64,000 nt of DNA, taken from the NCBI GenBank assembly GCA_051746405.1, contig JBNJFB010000001.1:1-64000 (forward strand), written 5' to 3'. The position numbers and the translations under genes were made by a program. This document shows, piece after piece, positions 41,586 through 51,009 of this stretch. Position 1 is the stretch's first letter, and the number at the start of each line of letters is the position of its first letter. A model generated the notes under the pieces. It saw only the letters and a program-made list of their open reading frames with translations, was not told where the DNA came from and did not search any database. This DNA is from Campylobacterota bacterium (GTDB taxonomy: Bacteria; Campylobacterota; Campylobacteria; Campylobacterales; Arcobacteraceae).

Positions 41586-42383
41586 ATGATAGAAGCTTTA
41601 CAGTACGAATTTATGCAAAATGCTCTTTTAGCAGGAGTGTTAATATCAATTGCAGCTGGAATAATAGGCTCTTTGATTGTTGTAAATAGACTTACATTTT
41701 TAGCAGGTGGTATTGCACATAGTTCTTATGGGGGAATAGGGCTTGCTATTTATCTTGGACTGCCCGTTTTATTTGGTGCTACAGTATTTGCTGTTTTAAC
41801 TGCTGTGATTATTGCTGTGATTACTTTAAATAATAAAAGTCGAATAGACTCTATTATTGGTTTAATGTGGGCATTTGGTATGGCTGTGGGGATAATATTT
41901 ATTGATATTACACCTGGGTACAATGTGGATTTGATGTCATATCTATTTGGTTCAATTATTGCTGTATCAAGTGGTGATGTGTTGTATATGACAATATTGG
42001 ATATTTTTATTATCTCAATAGTAGCAGTCTTTTATAAGCAAATACTTGCAGTATCTTATGATAGTGAGTTTGCAAAACTAAGGGGAATTAATACTAAGTT
42101 TTTTTATACACTTATTTTAATTTTAGCTGCACTTTGTGTTGTAGCAGCTATAAAAGCAGTGGGGCTAATACTAGTAATCGCACTACTTACAATTCCCACA
42201 TATCTAGCAGAGAGTTTTACTGCTAGACTATCAACTATGATGATTGCAAGCTCTTTTTTTGCTACATTGTTTACAGTTATTGGACTTGCAGTTTCATACT
42301 ATTTTGATATAAGTTCAGGTGCTAGTATTATTATTACAGCAGTTATAATTTTGGTGCTTGTAAAGCTATTTAAAAGAGGTTAA
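41586..42383 (+). CDS. znuB: Zn/Mn ABC transporter permease
   Basis: FMQNAL, GIAHSSYGG, YLFGSI, VGLILVIALL. Confidence 0.85.
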   Translation: MIEALQYEFMQNALLAGVLISIAAGIIGSLIVVNRLTFLAGGIAHSSYGGIGLAIYLGLPVLFGATVFAVLTAVIIAVITLNNKSRIDSIIGLMWAFGMAVGIIFIDITPGYNVDLMSYLFGSIIAVSSGDVLYMTILDIFIISIVAVFYKQILAVSYDSEFAKLRGINTKFFYTLILILAALCVVAAIKAVGLILVIALLTIPTYLAESFTARLSTMMIASSFFATLFTVIGLAVSYYFDISSGASIIITAVIILVLVKLFKRG

Positions 42384-42395
42384 GTAACCTCTTTT
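42372..42395. terminator. Bidirectional terminator between znuB and doxX
   Basis: aaaagaggtta-ag-taacctctttt. Confidence 0.65.
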
Positions 42396-42400
42396 TTTAT

Positions 42401-42811
42401 TTATCTTTTATCTAAACTATACTTTCCAGCACCAAATAAAAATATTGCAATTGAAGTTGTTATATAAAACATATGTAATTCAATAGCCCATGCTCCATGC
42501 TTTGTAAGTGTAAAAATTTTGTCTGCATATGGAAAAGCTAAAATAAACGCCATAGTACCTAAAATAAGTAGTGATGCAAGTTTTACTCTATACCCAACTA
42601 TTAACATTAAAGGAGCTAAAATTTCTCCAAGAAATACACCATAGGCAATAAAAGAAGGAAGACCATTACTCTCTAACATTCCCATTATTCCACCAATTCC
42701 ACCTTGTACTTTTGCTATACCATGAAAAAGCATTAAAACAGCAACTGAAACTCTTAGTATTAGTTTTCCTAAGTCATCATTTGTGTATGTACATAAACTA
42801 TTCAAACTCAT
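42401..42811 (-). CDS. DoxX-family membrane protein
   Basis: LILRVSVAVLMLFHGIAK, GEILAP, GAGKYSLD. Confidence 0.9.
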   Translation of the reverse strand: MSLNSLCTYTNDDLGKLILRVSVAVLMLFHGIAKVQGGIGGIMGMLESNGLPSFIAYGVFLGEILAPLMLIVGYRVKLASLLILGTMAFILAFPYADKIFTLTKHGAWAIELHMFYITTSIAIFLFGAGKYSLDKR

Positions 42812-43001
42812 TTTCTCCTTAAATAATATTATTTTGAAATATTATCTTAAAATATTTAATAAAATATTAATGACTAATTATAATAAATGTTTTATAATAG
42901 AGTTATACCTCATAGTTATTTGAACCGTTTATCACCAGTTTGAATATAGTTGCATAGAAAGTGAAATAATATGTCTTAAATTAGTCGCACCTTAAAAAAC
43001 A

Positions 43002-44270
43002 ATAAAATTAACAAATATATTGTTGATTATATCTCAGAATAAACACTGGAATAATCCTTATAAAGATTTGTATTAAAGAGATATATTTCATAACTTGGTT
43101 AAAAAACTAGAACTAAAACATATCCAAGTACTACAAGGTATAAGAAGAAGTGGTAAATCAACACTGTTTAAACTGCTAATAAATCACTTGAGTCAAACTA
43201 TAGACCCTCAAGAAATTTTATATATAAATCTTGATGATCCTTTTTTTATACCATACAGTGATGACCCTACAAAACTTTATGAAGTGATACAAACTGCTAA
43301 AAAACTAACACAAAAAAAGATCACTTATATATTTTTAGATGAGATACAAGCAATAAGTGGTTGGGAAAAATATATTAAAAGTGTGTATGATAGCCAAGAG
43401 TTTCAAAAGATTTTTATCACAGGTTCAAACTCTTCACTTTTAAATGGTGAGCTAGCTACTTTACTTACAGGTAGATATATCACTCAAAAAGTTTATCCCC
43501 TAACACTTAAAGAACTACTAAAAATAAACAATATCAACTCATATATGGAGCTTATACAAAATACTCCAAAGGTATTAAATATAGTTGACAATATGCTTAA
43601 CTTTGGCTCGTTTGTAGAAGTTTATGACAATAAAGAAGAATTTAGAAGAGAGATATTAAGTAGCTATTATGATACTATTTTATTGAAAGATTGTGTTACA
43701 AATAATGCCATAAGAGATGTTAAAAGTTTTAAAGAGTTAAGCTATTTTCTACTTTCAAATATAAGCTCATTGTATTCATACACTTCACTATCAAAAGCGA
43801 TTAAAATCAATGATAAAAGCATTAAAGAGTATATCTCATACCTAGAAGAGAGTTATTTGGTTGATGAGTTAAAACAATATTCGTTTTCACTCAAAGAGCA
43901 AAATAACTCAAAGAAAAAAATATATTGCAATGACAATGGTTTTGTATCTCTTAGCTATAGCTTTTCTAACAATAAAGGAAAACTTCTTGAAAATTTAGTT
44001 TATACAGAGCTGACAAGAAACAATTATGAGATATACTTTTACAACAAAAATTTTGAGTGTGATTTTATCGCAAAAAAAGAGGGTATTACAATTGCAATAC
44101 AAGTATGTTATGAGCTAACTTTACAAAATCAAGATAGAGAATTTCAATGTCTAAAAAAACTACCATTTGAAGTGGATGAAAAACACATAATCACATATAA
44201 CCAATCTGATTTAAAAGAGAACATCACAGTAACACCATTTTATAAATTCTTCTTTGAACCCATAGGTTAG
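43002..44270 (+). pseudogene. AAA_14/DUF4143-type ATP-binding protein with a disrupted 5' end (open from TTG 43095)
   Basis: GIRRSGKST, LDEIQ, TGS, TGR, LLEN, ECDF, AIQV. The upstream frame reads IKLTNILLIISQNKHWNNPYKDLY*RDIFHNL with TAA at 43074-43076 and no ATG or RBS. Confidence 0.6.
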
Positions 44271-44289
44271 ATTTTTCTAACCTATTTTT
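44262..44289 (+). terminator. Intrinsic terminator after the AAA ATPase gene
   Basis: ataggttaga-tttt-tctaacctat-tttt. Confidence 0.65.
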
Positions 44290-44373
44290 AACCTAAAGTG
44301 AAGATTTCTGACTATATCAGATTGACACAAAATTTTTAATACTCCTATCTAGTCGGATGAACCTCCTTGAAGT

Positions 44374-45075
44374 TCAATCTTCAATATTTTCTTGCATATA
44401 AGTTTTCATTGAAGGAAATGCTAAAGCACAAAGACAACCGCTTTCATTTTCGCTTTTGAAAAAACAGCCTAAATCAATATTAGCCTTAAAATCATTGATC
44501 TGTGGATTTTGCACTGGTGTATGGCCAAATACATTAAATATCTCGCTATTATCAAAGCTTTTATATCTTGAATATAAGCAATCATTTTCAAATGATTTAT
44601 AATCTTGTGAATCTTTATCATAATCTTTATATTTCCAAGTATTTAAGATATGAGAATGAGATACTACAAGGTGTCTATTATCTTTTGTTTTAAGATGTTT
44701 ATACTCTAAATATAAAGGTAAAGTTTTAAAGTAAGATATATGTTCTTGTAAAAGTTTTTTATCATTATCATAATTTTCTAAAGTCTCTTTACCGCCACAT
44801 TTATTAATCCAAAAACTTGATTCTTCATCTATTTTATTTGTTTTAAGTATTTCAGTTGCATTATCAATAAACATTATTTCATGATTACCTAAAACACAAT
44901 CATAGTTATTTGATTTTACAAACTCTATTACATCTTTTGAATTATTGCCTTTATCACATAAGTCACCTACAAAACATATATGAGATTTATCCTTTTGAGG
45001 TAGCTTACCTATTAGAGCTAATAAAGTTTTATAACAGCCATGAACATCACCAATTATATAAATATTTTCCATCAT
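44374..45075 (-). CDS. PPP-family metallophosphoesterase (PrpA / lambda-phosphatase-like Ser/Thr phosphatase)
   Basis: GDVHG, GDLCDKG, GNHE, FGHTP, IDLG. Confidence 0.9.
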   Translation of the reverse strand: MMENIYIIGDVHGCYKTLLALIGKLPQKDKSHICFVGDLCDKGNNSKDVIEFVKSNNYDCVLGNHEIMFIDNATEILKTNKIDEESSFWINKCGGKETLENYDNDKKLLQEHISYFKTLPLYLEYKHLKTKDNRHLVVSHSHILNTWKYKDYDKDSQDYKSFENDCLYSRYKSFDNSEIFNVFGHTPVQNPQINDFKANIDLGCFFKSENESGCLCALAFPSMKTYMQENIED

Positions 45076-45371
45076 TTAATTTTTACCTTTTTTTTATCTA
45101 TATCATCTAAAATTAGTTTTTTAAGATAAGCAGATTTTGTCATACCTGAATCTTTTACTATTTTTAAAAACTCATTATATTCATCTGCTTTTAGGTTTGT
45201 TGATATATTATTAAACTTACTTTGAGCTTTTTTTAAGCTCTCTCTTCTTTTTTTCTCTTTTTTCATTAAATCTTTTTTTTCTTTTTCCTTAATCATTATA
45301 GTACTTTTTACACTATACATATCTTTTGATATAGACCTGATATGATGGGCAATCTTGTCTAAGTTATCCAT
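45072..45371 (-). CDS. Small basic protein with a C-terminal ribbon-helix-helix-like DNA-binding segment
   Basis: AAGGAG before ATG 45371; ISTNLKADEYNEFLKIVKDSGMTKSAYLKKLI; stop overlaps the phosphatase start. Confidence 0.6.
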   Translation of the reverse strand: MDNLDKIAHHIRSISKDMYSVKSTIMIKEKEKKDLMKKEKKRRESLKKAQSKFNNISTNLKADEYNEFLKIVKDSGMTKSAYLKKLILDDIDKKKVKIK

Positions 45372-45485
45372 TTTAAAATCTCCTTTTTTTTGCCAACTAA
45401 TCATTATGTATAATATTATATATAATACAAGCTTAACAGTAGTAATAGTAAAGTTTTACATAGATATTTTCTTAAAGGATTATAA

Positions 45486-45728
45486 ATGTTAAGTATTGAA
45501 GAGATTACAAGTACATTAAAAGATTCAAGTTTCTACGATAGTAGATTAGAGTTTAGTAATCTAAGTAATAAAGAGCTTTTAGATAAAGCAGCTGCACAAA
45601 AAGCACTTATATTAGATTATGAGGAGATAATCTTAGATAAGATAATAGAAATTGATGAGTTAGAAAATGAGATTAAGCAAGTTAGAGAGTCATTAATGGC
45701 TGAGATTATTAGAAATAAAAAGGTTTAA
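45486..45728 (+). CDS. Hypothetical coiled-coil protein
   Basis: AAGGA RBS; heptad-like IIEIDELENEIKQVRESL. Confidence 0.65.
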   Translation: MLSIEEITSTLKDSSFYDSRLEFSNLSNKELLDKAAAQKALILDYEEIILDKIIEIDELENEIKQVRESLMAEIIRNKKV

Positions 45729-45730
45729 TA

Positions 45731-46309
45731 ATGTGTAAAAAAAATATTGCTTATAGTTGTTTAACGTGTAAATCTGAGATTACTTTAACAAATAAAGAAA
45801 AATCAGCTGGTTTCTGTCCTGAGTGCCAAACGATTGATTTAGAAAAGATGAGTACTTTACTAAATAAAGTTGATGAAAATCAAAAACAACAAGTGCATAA
45901 TGATATTAAGCTAAAAGAGATTGAATATCCCTATAAAGTTAAACTAATATATGAGTTTAAAGTTTTTAAAAATCTAATTTCTCTTTTAAAAGGGTGTGGT
46001 TTACCAAAGTTTACTGATGATTTATCTGTTGATAAAAAAGATTTAGCTTCTGTTTTTAATGATAAACCAAATAGCAATATTTATTTACTAACTTTAGATT
46101 TAAGATCATTTAATGAGTTAGATTTAAATAAACTAAATTATTCAAAAGTGGTATTAGTTTTTTATATAAAAAAAGGTACCCCTATTAGCTTAATTACTGA
46201 TTTGTTAGATAACTTTAATACAAAAGATTTAAGTATTGATTTAATATTTGGAGTTGAACAAGAAGATATATTACAGCAAGAGCAAATGGTGGATATTTAT
46301 TATGCCTGA
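45731..46309 (+). CDS. Hypothetical protein: N-terminal Zn ribbon plus possible FtsZ-C-like domain
   Basis: CLTC-x15-CPEC; C-terminal half patterned like the FtsZ C-terminal domain. Confidence 0.6.
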   Translation: MCKKNIAYSCLTCKSEITLTNKEKSAGFCPECQTIDLEKMSTLLNKVDENQKQQVHNDIKLKEIEYPYKVKLIYEFKVFKNLISLLKGCGLPKFTDDLSVDKKDLASVFNDKPNSNIYLLTLDLRSFNELDLNKLNYSKVVLVFYIKKGTPISLITDLLDNFNTKDLSIDLIFGVEQEDILQQEQMVDIYYA

Positions 46310-46346
46310 TTTTTGAAAGTACCACAGAAAAGTCAAGGGAAAAATT

Positions 46347-47558
46347 CTAAAATAAGACAAACTGATTAAAAATATCACTTGCATATTTTTCAGATATGTT
46401 AACTTCTTTTGCATAAGTTTTAAATCTTGATACTGCACTACAAACTTCATCGATTATATTTTTATAATCTTTAATACCATGTTTTAATGCAAGTTCTTCA
46501 AGATGTTTTCTTGTGGGATTTTTTCCCTCATTTAGATATGTAGTACTATGTTCACCTCCAGGTCCATATGAAAAAGTAAGATCATATGCAGGTGCAAATT
46601 TCCAGTTGTTTTTATAGTCTAAAATAAAAGAGAAGTTTTTAGCATGGTCATCTCTATTATGAGTAACTAGATTAAAAATAGCTAACCTATATACTTTTAT
46701 AACTTCTTTAATATCTTTAGTTAAGTTAAAAGTCAAAGCTAATATATCATCATAATCAACTGTAGGTACTCTAAAATCACTATGAACCATACCAGCTAGA
46801 GAATGCATATGAATTCTCTCATCTTTATTTCTGTCGAATCTTTTTATTGAAAAGTAGCTATTATCTTTTCCATGAAGTAATTTAGTTTTGGTCATCTCTA
46901 TTTTGGCATCCTTTGCCATCAAAGAGTAAATATACTCTAGCTTTCCAATATAAAAACTATCTGAACTACTAGGAAATTTTACTAAATAGTGTTCATATCC
47001 ACTAGTTAATTTCTGATTACCTGATAAAATTTCATTTTTATCATTTATTTGAATCATCACTTTTGGTCTTGCACCTGCACTTGAACCGTTATTTGCAACT
47101 AATGTTTCAATATTTTCTTCATTTGTACCTTTTAAAATCTCTAATGATGATGTAGCTAACTTATCTAAACTTAAAAATTTGTTATTGTTTAACGTTTGAA
47201 TTATTGGTTCATAGCTTAAAGCTCCTGTTCCATAATCTCCAATTAGCATAAGTCTATCTAATGCTGTAATCTCACTTAGATTAAATCTTTGTGAAAGAAG
47301 ATATCTATCCATAAGCAATCTTCCCCAACCATCAGGTAAAGAATCAGCAAATAATCCAAATAAACCATCAAATATATTATCATAATCTGTAAAAACACCA
47401 CTTTTTAAAGGAAGTTTGTAAGGGGATAGTTCAATGCCAGTATTTAAAAAGTCCTTGTCATACTCAAAATAAATCTTTCTATTATTCAATACTAGTCTTC
47501 CAACTTTTAGTTTTTCGTGAGCTTTATTATAAAAAACGTTGACTAGTTTATTACTCAT
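46347..47558 (-). CDS. hipA: HipA-family kinase toxin (type II TA)
   Basis: FADSLPDGWG, GSSAGARPK P-loop, HNRDDHAKNFS, PAYDL. Confidence 0.93.
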   Translation of the reverse strand: MSNKLVNVFYNKAHEKLKVGRLVLNNRKIYFEYDKDFLNTGIELSPYKLPLKSGVFTDYDNIFDGLFGLFADSLPDGWGRLLMDRYLLSQRFNLSEITALDRLMLIGDYGTGALSYEPIIQTLNNNKFLSLDKLATSSLEILKGTNEENIETLVANNGSSAGARPKVMIQINDKNEILSGNQKLTSGYEHYLVKFPSSSDSFYIGKLEYIYSLMAKDAKIEMTKTKLLHGKDNSYFSIKRFDRNKDERIHMHSLAGMVHSDFRVPTVDYDDILALTFNLTKDIKEVIKVYRLAIFNLVTHNRDDHAKNFSFILDYKNNWKFAPAYDLTFSYGPGGEHSTTYLNEGKNPTRKHLEELALKHGIKDYKNIIDEVCSAVSRFKTYAKEVNISEKYASDIFNQFVLF

Positions 47559-47869
47559 CTTATACTACCTCTTTTTTTGGTTATTTGGGAGTCTTTTTTT
47601 AAAATCTCATCTAAAGAGTTTATACTCTCTTCTTTTTTATTTGCAATATCCAAAAAATCATCTAAACAGTCAAGAATAACTGATAGTTTCAAAAGTGATT
47701 CCAAAGATATTTGTCCAGTTCTTTCAAATCTTTTAAGACTTCCAAGACTAACACCACTTTTTTTAGAAAGACCCTCTTGTGTTAAATCAAGATTTAATCT
47801 TTTCTGTTTAAAATTCTCTTTCAAGTGTTGTTTAACAAAGTCAGGTGTATTAAAACTAATAGATAACAT
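47555..47869 (-). CDS. XRE HTH antitoxin (HipB-like)
   Basis: LTQEGLSKKSGVSLGSLKRFE; 4-bp overlap with hipA. Confidence 0.88.
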   Translation of the reverse strand: MLSISFNTPDFVKQHLKENFKQKRLNLDLTQEGLSKKSGVSLGSLKRFERTGQISLESLLKLSVILDCLDDFLDIANKKEESINSLDEILKKDSQITKKRGSIR

Positions 47870-48009
47870 GTTAATCCTTAATTGCTTTATATTGCTATTA
47901 TAGCTAATATTTAATCTATAAATTATTAATCTAACTTTAGTTTATCAAAAAACTACAAAACTTAGATATAATAAATCAAAAATATTTAATAAAGAACGGA
48001 ATAACCAAA

Positions 48010-48837
48010 ATGGATAAAAGAATTGAAATAGGTAGAGTTAATACTTTAAAAGTAAATAGGGTGACAGAGTACGGGCTATTTTTAATAGCAAAAGATGAAG
48101 AGGAAGTTCTTCTACCAAATGCATACATAGATAAAAGTATGCATATAGATAGTTTAATTGAGGTATTTATTTACACAGATAGTGAAGATAGATTAGTAGC
48201 AACTACGCTTAAGCCTTATGTTTACTTAGATAAGTTAGCATCATTAGAAGTTGTTGATATTGCAAGTTTTGGTGCTTTTGTTGATATAGGTTTACCAAAG
48301 CATATATTAGTACCACAAAATAAACAAAAAACTAACTTTAAAGTTGGTGATTATAAAGTACTGCAACTACAATTAGATGACAGAACCAATAGATTAATAG
48401 CAATTGAAAAGTTTAAACTATCAAACAATAATATAAGATATGAAGTAAATGATGAGGTTGATATCTTAGTTTACTCTAAAACTCCACTTGGATTTAAAGT
48501 AGTAGTAAATAATAAAAATGATGGGATGCTTTTTCATAATGAAATATTTGAAAGTGTAAATGTGGGCGATAGAAAAAGAGCCTATATTAAAAATGTTAGA
48601 GATGATAACAAGCTTGATATATCTTTGCAAAAAATCGGAAAAAAGATTGATGATGATAAAATTTTATATGTATTAAGTCAAAATAATGATAGGATGAACT
48701 TCACATACAAAAGTAATCCAGAAGATATTAAACAGATTTTTGGTATGAGTAAAAAGGCTTTTAAAGCCACATTGACAAAGCTTCTAAATGAGAATAAGAT
48801 TGTCTTAGAAAATGGTTATATTAGAACCAAACTATAA
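48010..48837 (+). CDS. CvfB/YitL-family S1 RNA-binding protein
   Basis: IG..NTL.V, VFIYTDSEDR, GAFVDIG, FGMSKKAFK. Confidence 0.88.
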   Translation: MDKRIEIGRVNTLKVNRVTEYGLFLIAKDEEEVLLPNAYIDKSMHIDSLIEVFIYTDSEDRLVATTLKPYVYLDKLASLEVVDIASFGAFVDIGLPKHILVPQNKQKTNFKVGDYKVLQLQLDDRTNRLIAIEKFKLSNNNIRYEVNDEVDILVYSKTPLGFKVVVNNKNDGMLFHNEIFESVNVGDRKRAYIKNVRDDNKLDISLQKIGKKIDDDKILYVLSQNNDRMNFTYKSNPEDIKQIFGMSKKAFKATLTKLLNENKIVLENGYIRTKL

Positions 48838-48850
48838 AAAAAGGACTATT

Positions 48851-49357
48851 ATGGGATCAACAAAATTAAAAGGTAATACAGTATATTTGACAGGACATGA
48901 CATAAGTGTAGGTAGCAAGGCACCTTTAGTTGAGTTAGTAACTAAAGATTTATCAACTATTAAAGTAGGTGGTGAAAAAGAGAAAAATCAAATAATTGTA
49001 GTAGTTCCCTCACTAGATACACCTGTTTGTGCATCTGAAGCTAGAAAGTTTAATGAAGAAGCTTCAAGTATTGAAAATACTGAGGTTACTATTGTATCTA
49101 TGGATTTACCATTTGCAATGGGTAGGTTTTGTACAACTGAAGGAATAGAAAACCTAAGAGTTGCATCTGATTTTAGAGCTAAAGAGTTTGCAAATGCATA
49201 TGGTGTACTTTTAAAAGATGGAGCACTAGCTGGATTAACTGCAAGGGCTATTTTTATTGTGGATACAAAAGGAAAGGTAGTATATAAAGAGGTTTGTCCT
49301 GAAATAACAGAAGAACCACACTATGATAAGGTACTACAAGCTGCTAAAAAAATCTAA
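48851..49357 (+). CDS. tpx: Thiol peroxidase Tpx (start moved to ATG 48851)
   Basis: PSLDTPVC, SMDLPFAMGRFC; AAGGA RBS. Confidence 0.95.
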   Translation: MGSTKLKGNTVYLTGHDISVGSKAPLVELVTKDLSTIKVGGEKEKNQIIVVVPSLDTPVCASEARKFNEEASSIENTEVTIVSMDLPFAMGRFCTTEGIENLRVASDFRAKEFANAYGVLLKDGALAGLTARAIFIVDTKGKVVYKEVCPEITEEPHYDKVLQAAKKI

Positions 49358-49431
49358 AAAATCTCTTTAGACTAAACGTACTCTTCACATAAAAGGTATA
49401 AAATAGCCTTATAAATATGTGAAGGATACGT

Positions 49432-50388
49432 ATGAATATAATAAAAAAACCATCTTATAACATAAGTGAAAATGAAGTAACTCCCCAAGAGTTATTTAAT
49501 AAAAGAAGAAGCTTTATAAAACTAGGTGCTGCATCTTTAGTATCAAGTGGTGCTATTCTTGAAGCATTAGCAAAAGAGAGTTTACCAACTAAAAATCTAA
49601 ACTTTATAGAAGATAAAAATCAAAACAGTCTAGACTTAACTAGCTATGAAAAAATAACATCTTATAATAATTTTTATGAATTTACTACTTCAAAAAGCGA
49701 AGTTCAAAACTTAGCAAAAGATATGGATACAAGTAACTGGGAAATAGAAGTGAGTGGTTTAGTTGAAAAAGAGCATATCTTTGATTTGAATAAGTTTTTA
49801 TCAAAAGTACAACTTGAAGAGCGAATATATAGGTTTAGATGTGTTGAGGGCTGGTCTATGGTCGTACCATGGATTGGTTTTCCTTTAAAAGAGCTAATTA
49901 AGCAGTTAAAACCCTTATCTGATGCAAAATATATAAGATTTGAAACAAAATATGATGAACAGATGTTTCCCAACCAAGGTAGCCTATTTCCAACTATTTC
50001 ATACCCTTATGTTGAGGGTTTAAGAATTGATGAGGCTATGAATGATTTAACTATAATGGCTGTGGGGTTATATGGTGCAAAGATGCCAAACCAAAATGGA
50101 GCTCCAATAAGACTTATAGTTCCTTGGAAGTATGGATTTAAATCAGTTAAAACAATTGCAAAGATATCATTTACAAATAAGCAACCCATAAACTCATGGC
50201 AAAAAGAAAACTCTAGAGAGTATGGCTTTTATGCAAATGTAAATCCAAATGTGGACCATCCAAGATGGTCTCAAAAAACTGAAAGAGTTTTAGGGAAGTT
50301 TTTTAAACAAAAAACCTTGATGTTTAATGGTTATGAAAAACAGGTGGCTTATTTATATAAGGGAATGGATTTAACAAAGTTTATATGA
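49432..50388 (+). CDS. msrP: Protein-methionine-sulfoxide reductase catalytic subunit
   Basis: Tat motif RRSFIK, YNNFYEF, RCVEGWSM, PWKYGFKS, HPRWSQ. Confidence 0.96.
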   Translation: MNIIKKPSYNISENEVTPQELFNKRRSFIKLGAASLVSSGAILEALAKESLPTKNLNFIEDKNQNSLDLTSYEKITSYNNFYEFTTSKSEVQNLAKDMDTSNWEIEVSGLVEKEHIFDLNKFLSKVQLEERIYRFRCVEGWSMVVPWIGFPLKELIKQLKPLSDAKYIRFETKYDEQMFPNQGSLFPTISYPYVEGLRIDEAMNDLTIMAVGLYGAKMPNQNGAPIRLIVPWKYGFKSVKTIAKISFTNKQPINSWQKENSREYGFYANVNPNVDHPRWSQKTERVLGKFFKQKTLMFNGYEKQVAYLYKGMDLTKFI

Positions 50389-50945
50389 TGAGAAAAGTTA
50401 TAATAAATTTAGTATTTGTTTTACCTTTGGTTTATCTATTAAGCCAATTATTTATCTTTGAAGTAGCTGATCCTATAAAATATATTTATACTATTACAGG
50501 AGTTGCGGGGACAGTTATTCTTTTTTTATCAATAACTATTTCTATGATTAAGAAAAGAGTGAATCTTATAAAATATAGAAGAGCTATTGGTTTGTGGGGA
50601 TTTTTTTATGCATTTTTACATATGTTGAATTTTATAATATTTGATGCACAAATGAGTTTTAGTTTTGTATTAAAAGAGACTTTAGATAAACCTTTTATTT
50701 ATCTTGGAATGATTGCTATGTTTATACTTTTATTTATGGCTATTACTTCAACTAAAAGATTATTTAAAAAGTTTAAAAAGTTTCATAGAGCTATCTACAT
50801 AGCATTGCTACTTATTACTATTCATTTTGTTATGGCTCAAAAATCAATAAATATAGAGCTTTTTATATATGTGGGAGTTATTATTTTAATAGGGTATTAT
50901 AAGCTCTTACAGATAATTGTAAAGAATAATAATGTTTCTACTTAA
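50385..50945 (+). CDS. msrQ: MsrQ heme-binding membrane subunit
   Basis: RRAIGLWGFFYAFLH, AITS, FHRAIY...IH. Confidence 0.9.
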   Translation: MMRKVIINLVFVLPLVYLLSQLFIFEVADPIKYIYTITGVAGTVILFLSITISMIKKRVNLIKYRRAIGLWGFFYAFLHMLNFIIFDAQMSFSFVLKETLDKPFIYLGMIAMFILLFMAITSTKRLFKKFKKFHRAIYIALLLITIHFVMAQKSINIELFIYVGVIILIGYYKLLQIIVKNNNVST

Positions 50946-51009
50946 GTAGTTAACTATTCATTAATTATTGATTATATATTAGTTAATGTTCCTTTGTTAC
51001 AATTAATTC

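Noticed and set aside
43074..43076. In-frame stop as programmed recoding (Sec/Pyl)
   Set aside because: The codon is TAA, not TGA or TAG, and no SECIS-like hairpin is evident.
44290..44373. Strong SD-like AAGGAGGT and AGGAG on the minus strand downstream of the phosphatase
   Set aside because: No ORF longer than a few codons follows; at most a remnant.
42900..47950. Accessory patch as a defined mobile element (IS, integron, prophage)
   Set aside because: No transposase, integrase, attC-like repeats or flanking direct repeats were found. A short tttgaacc match near 42919 and 44253 is at chance level.
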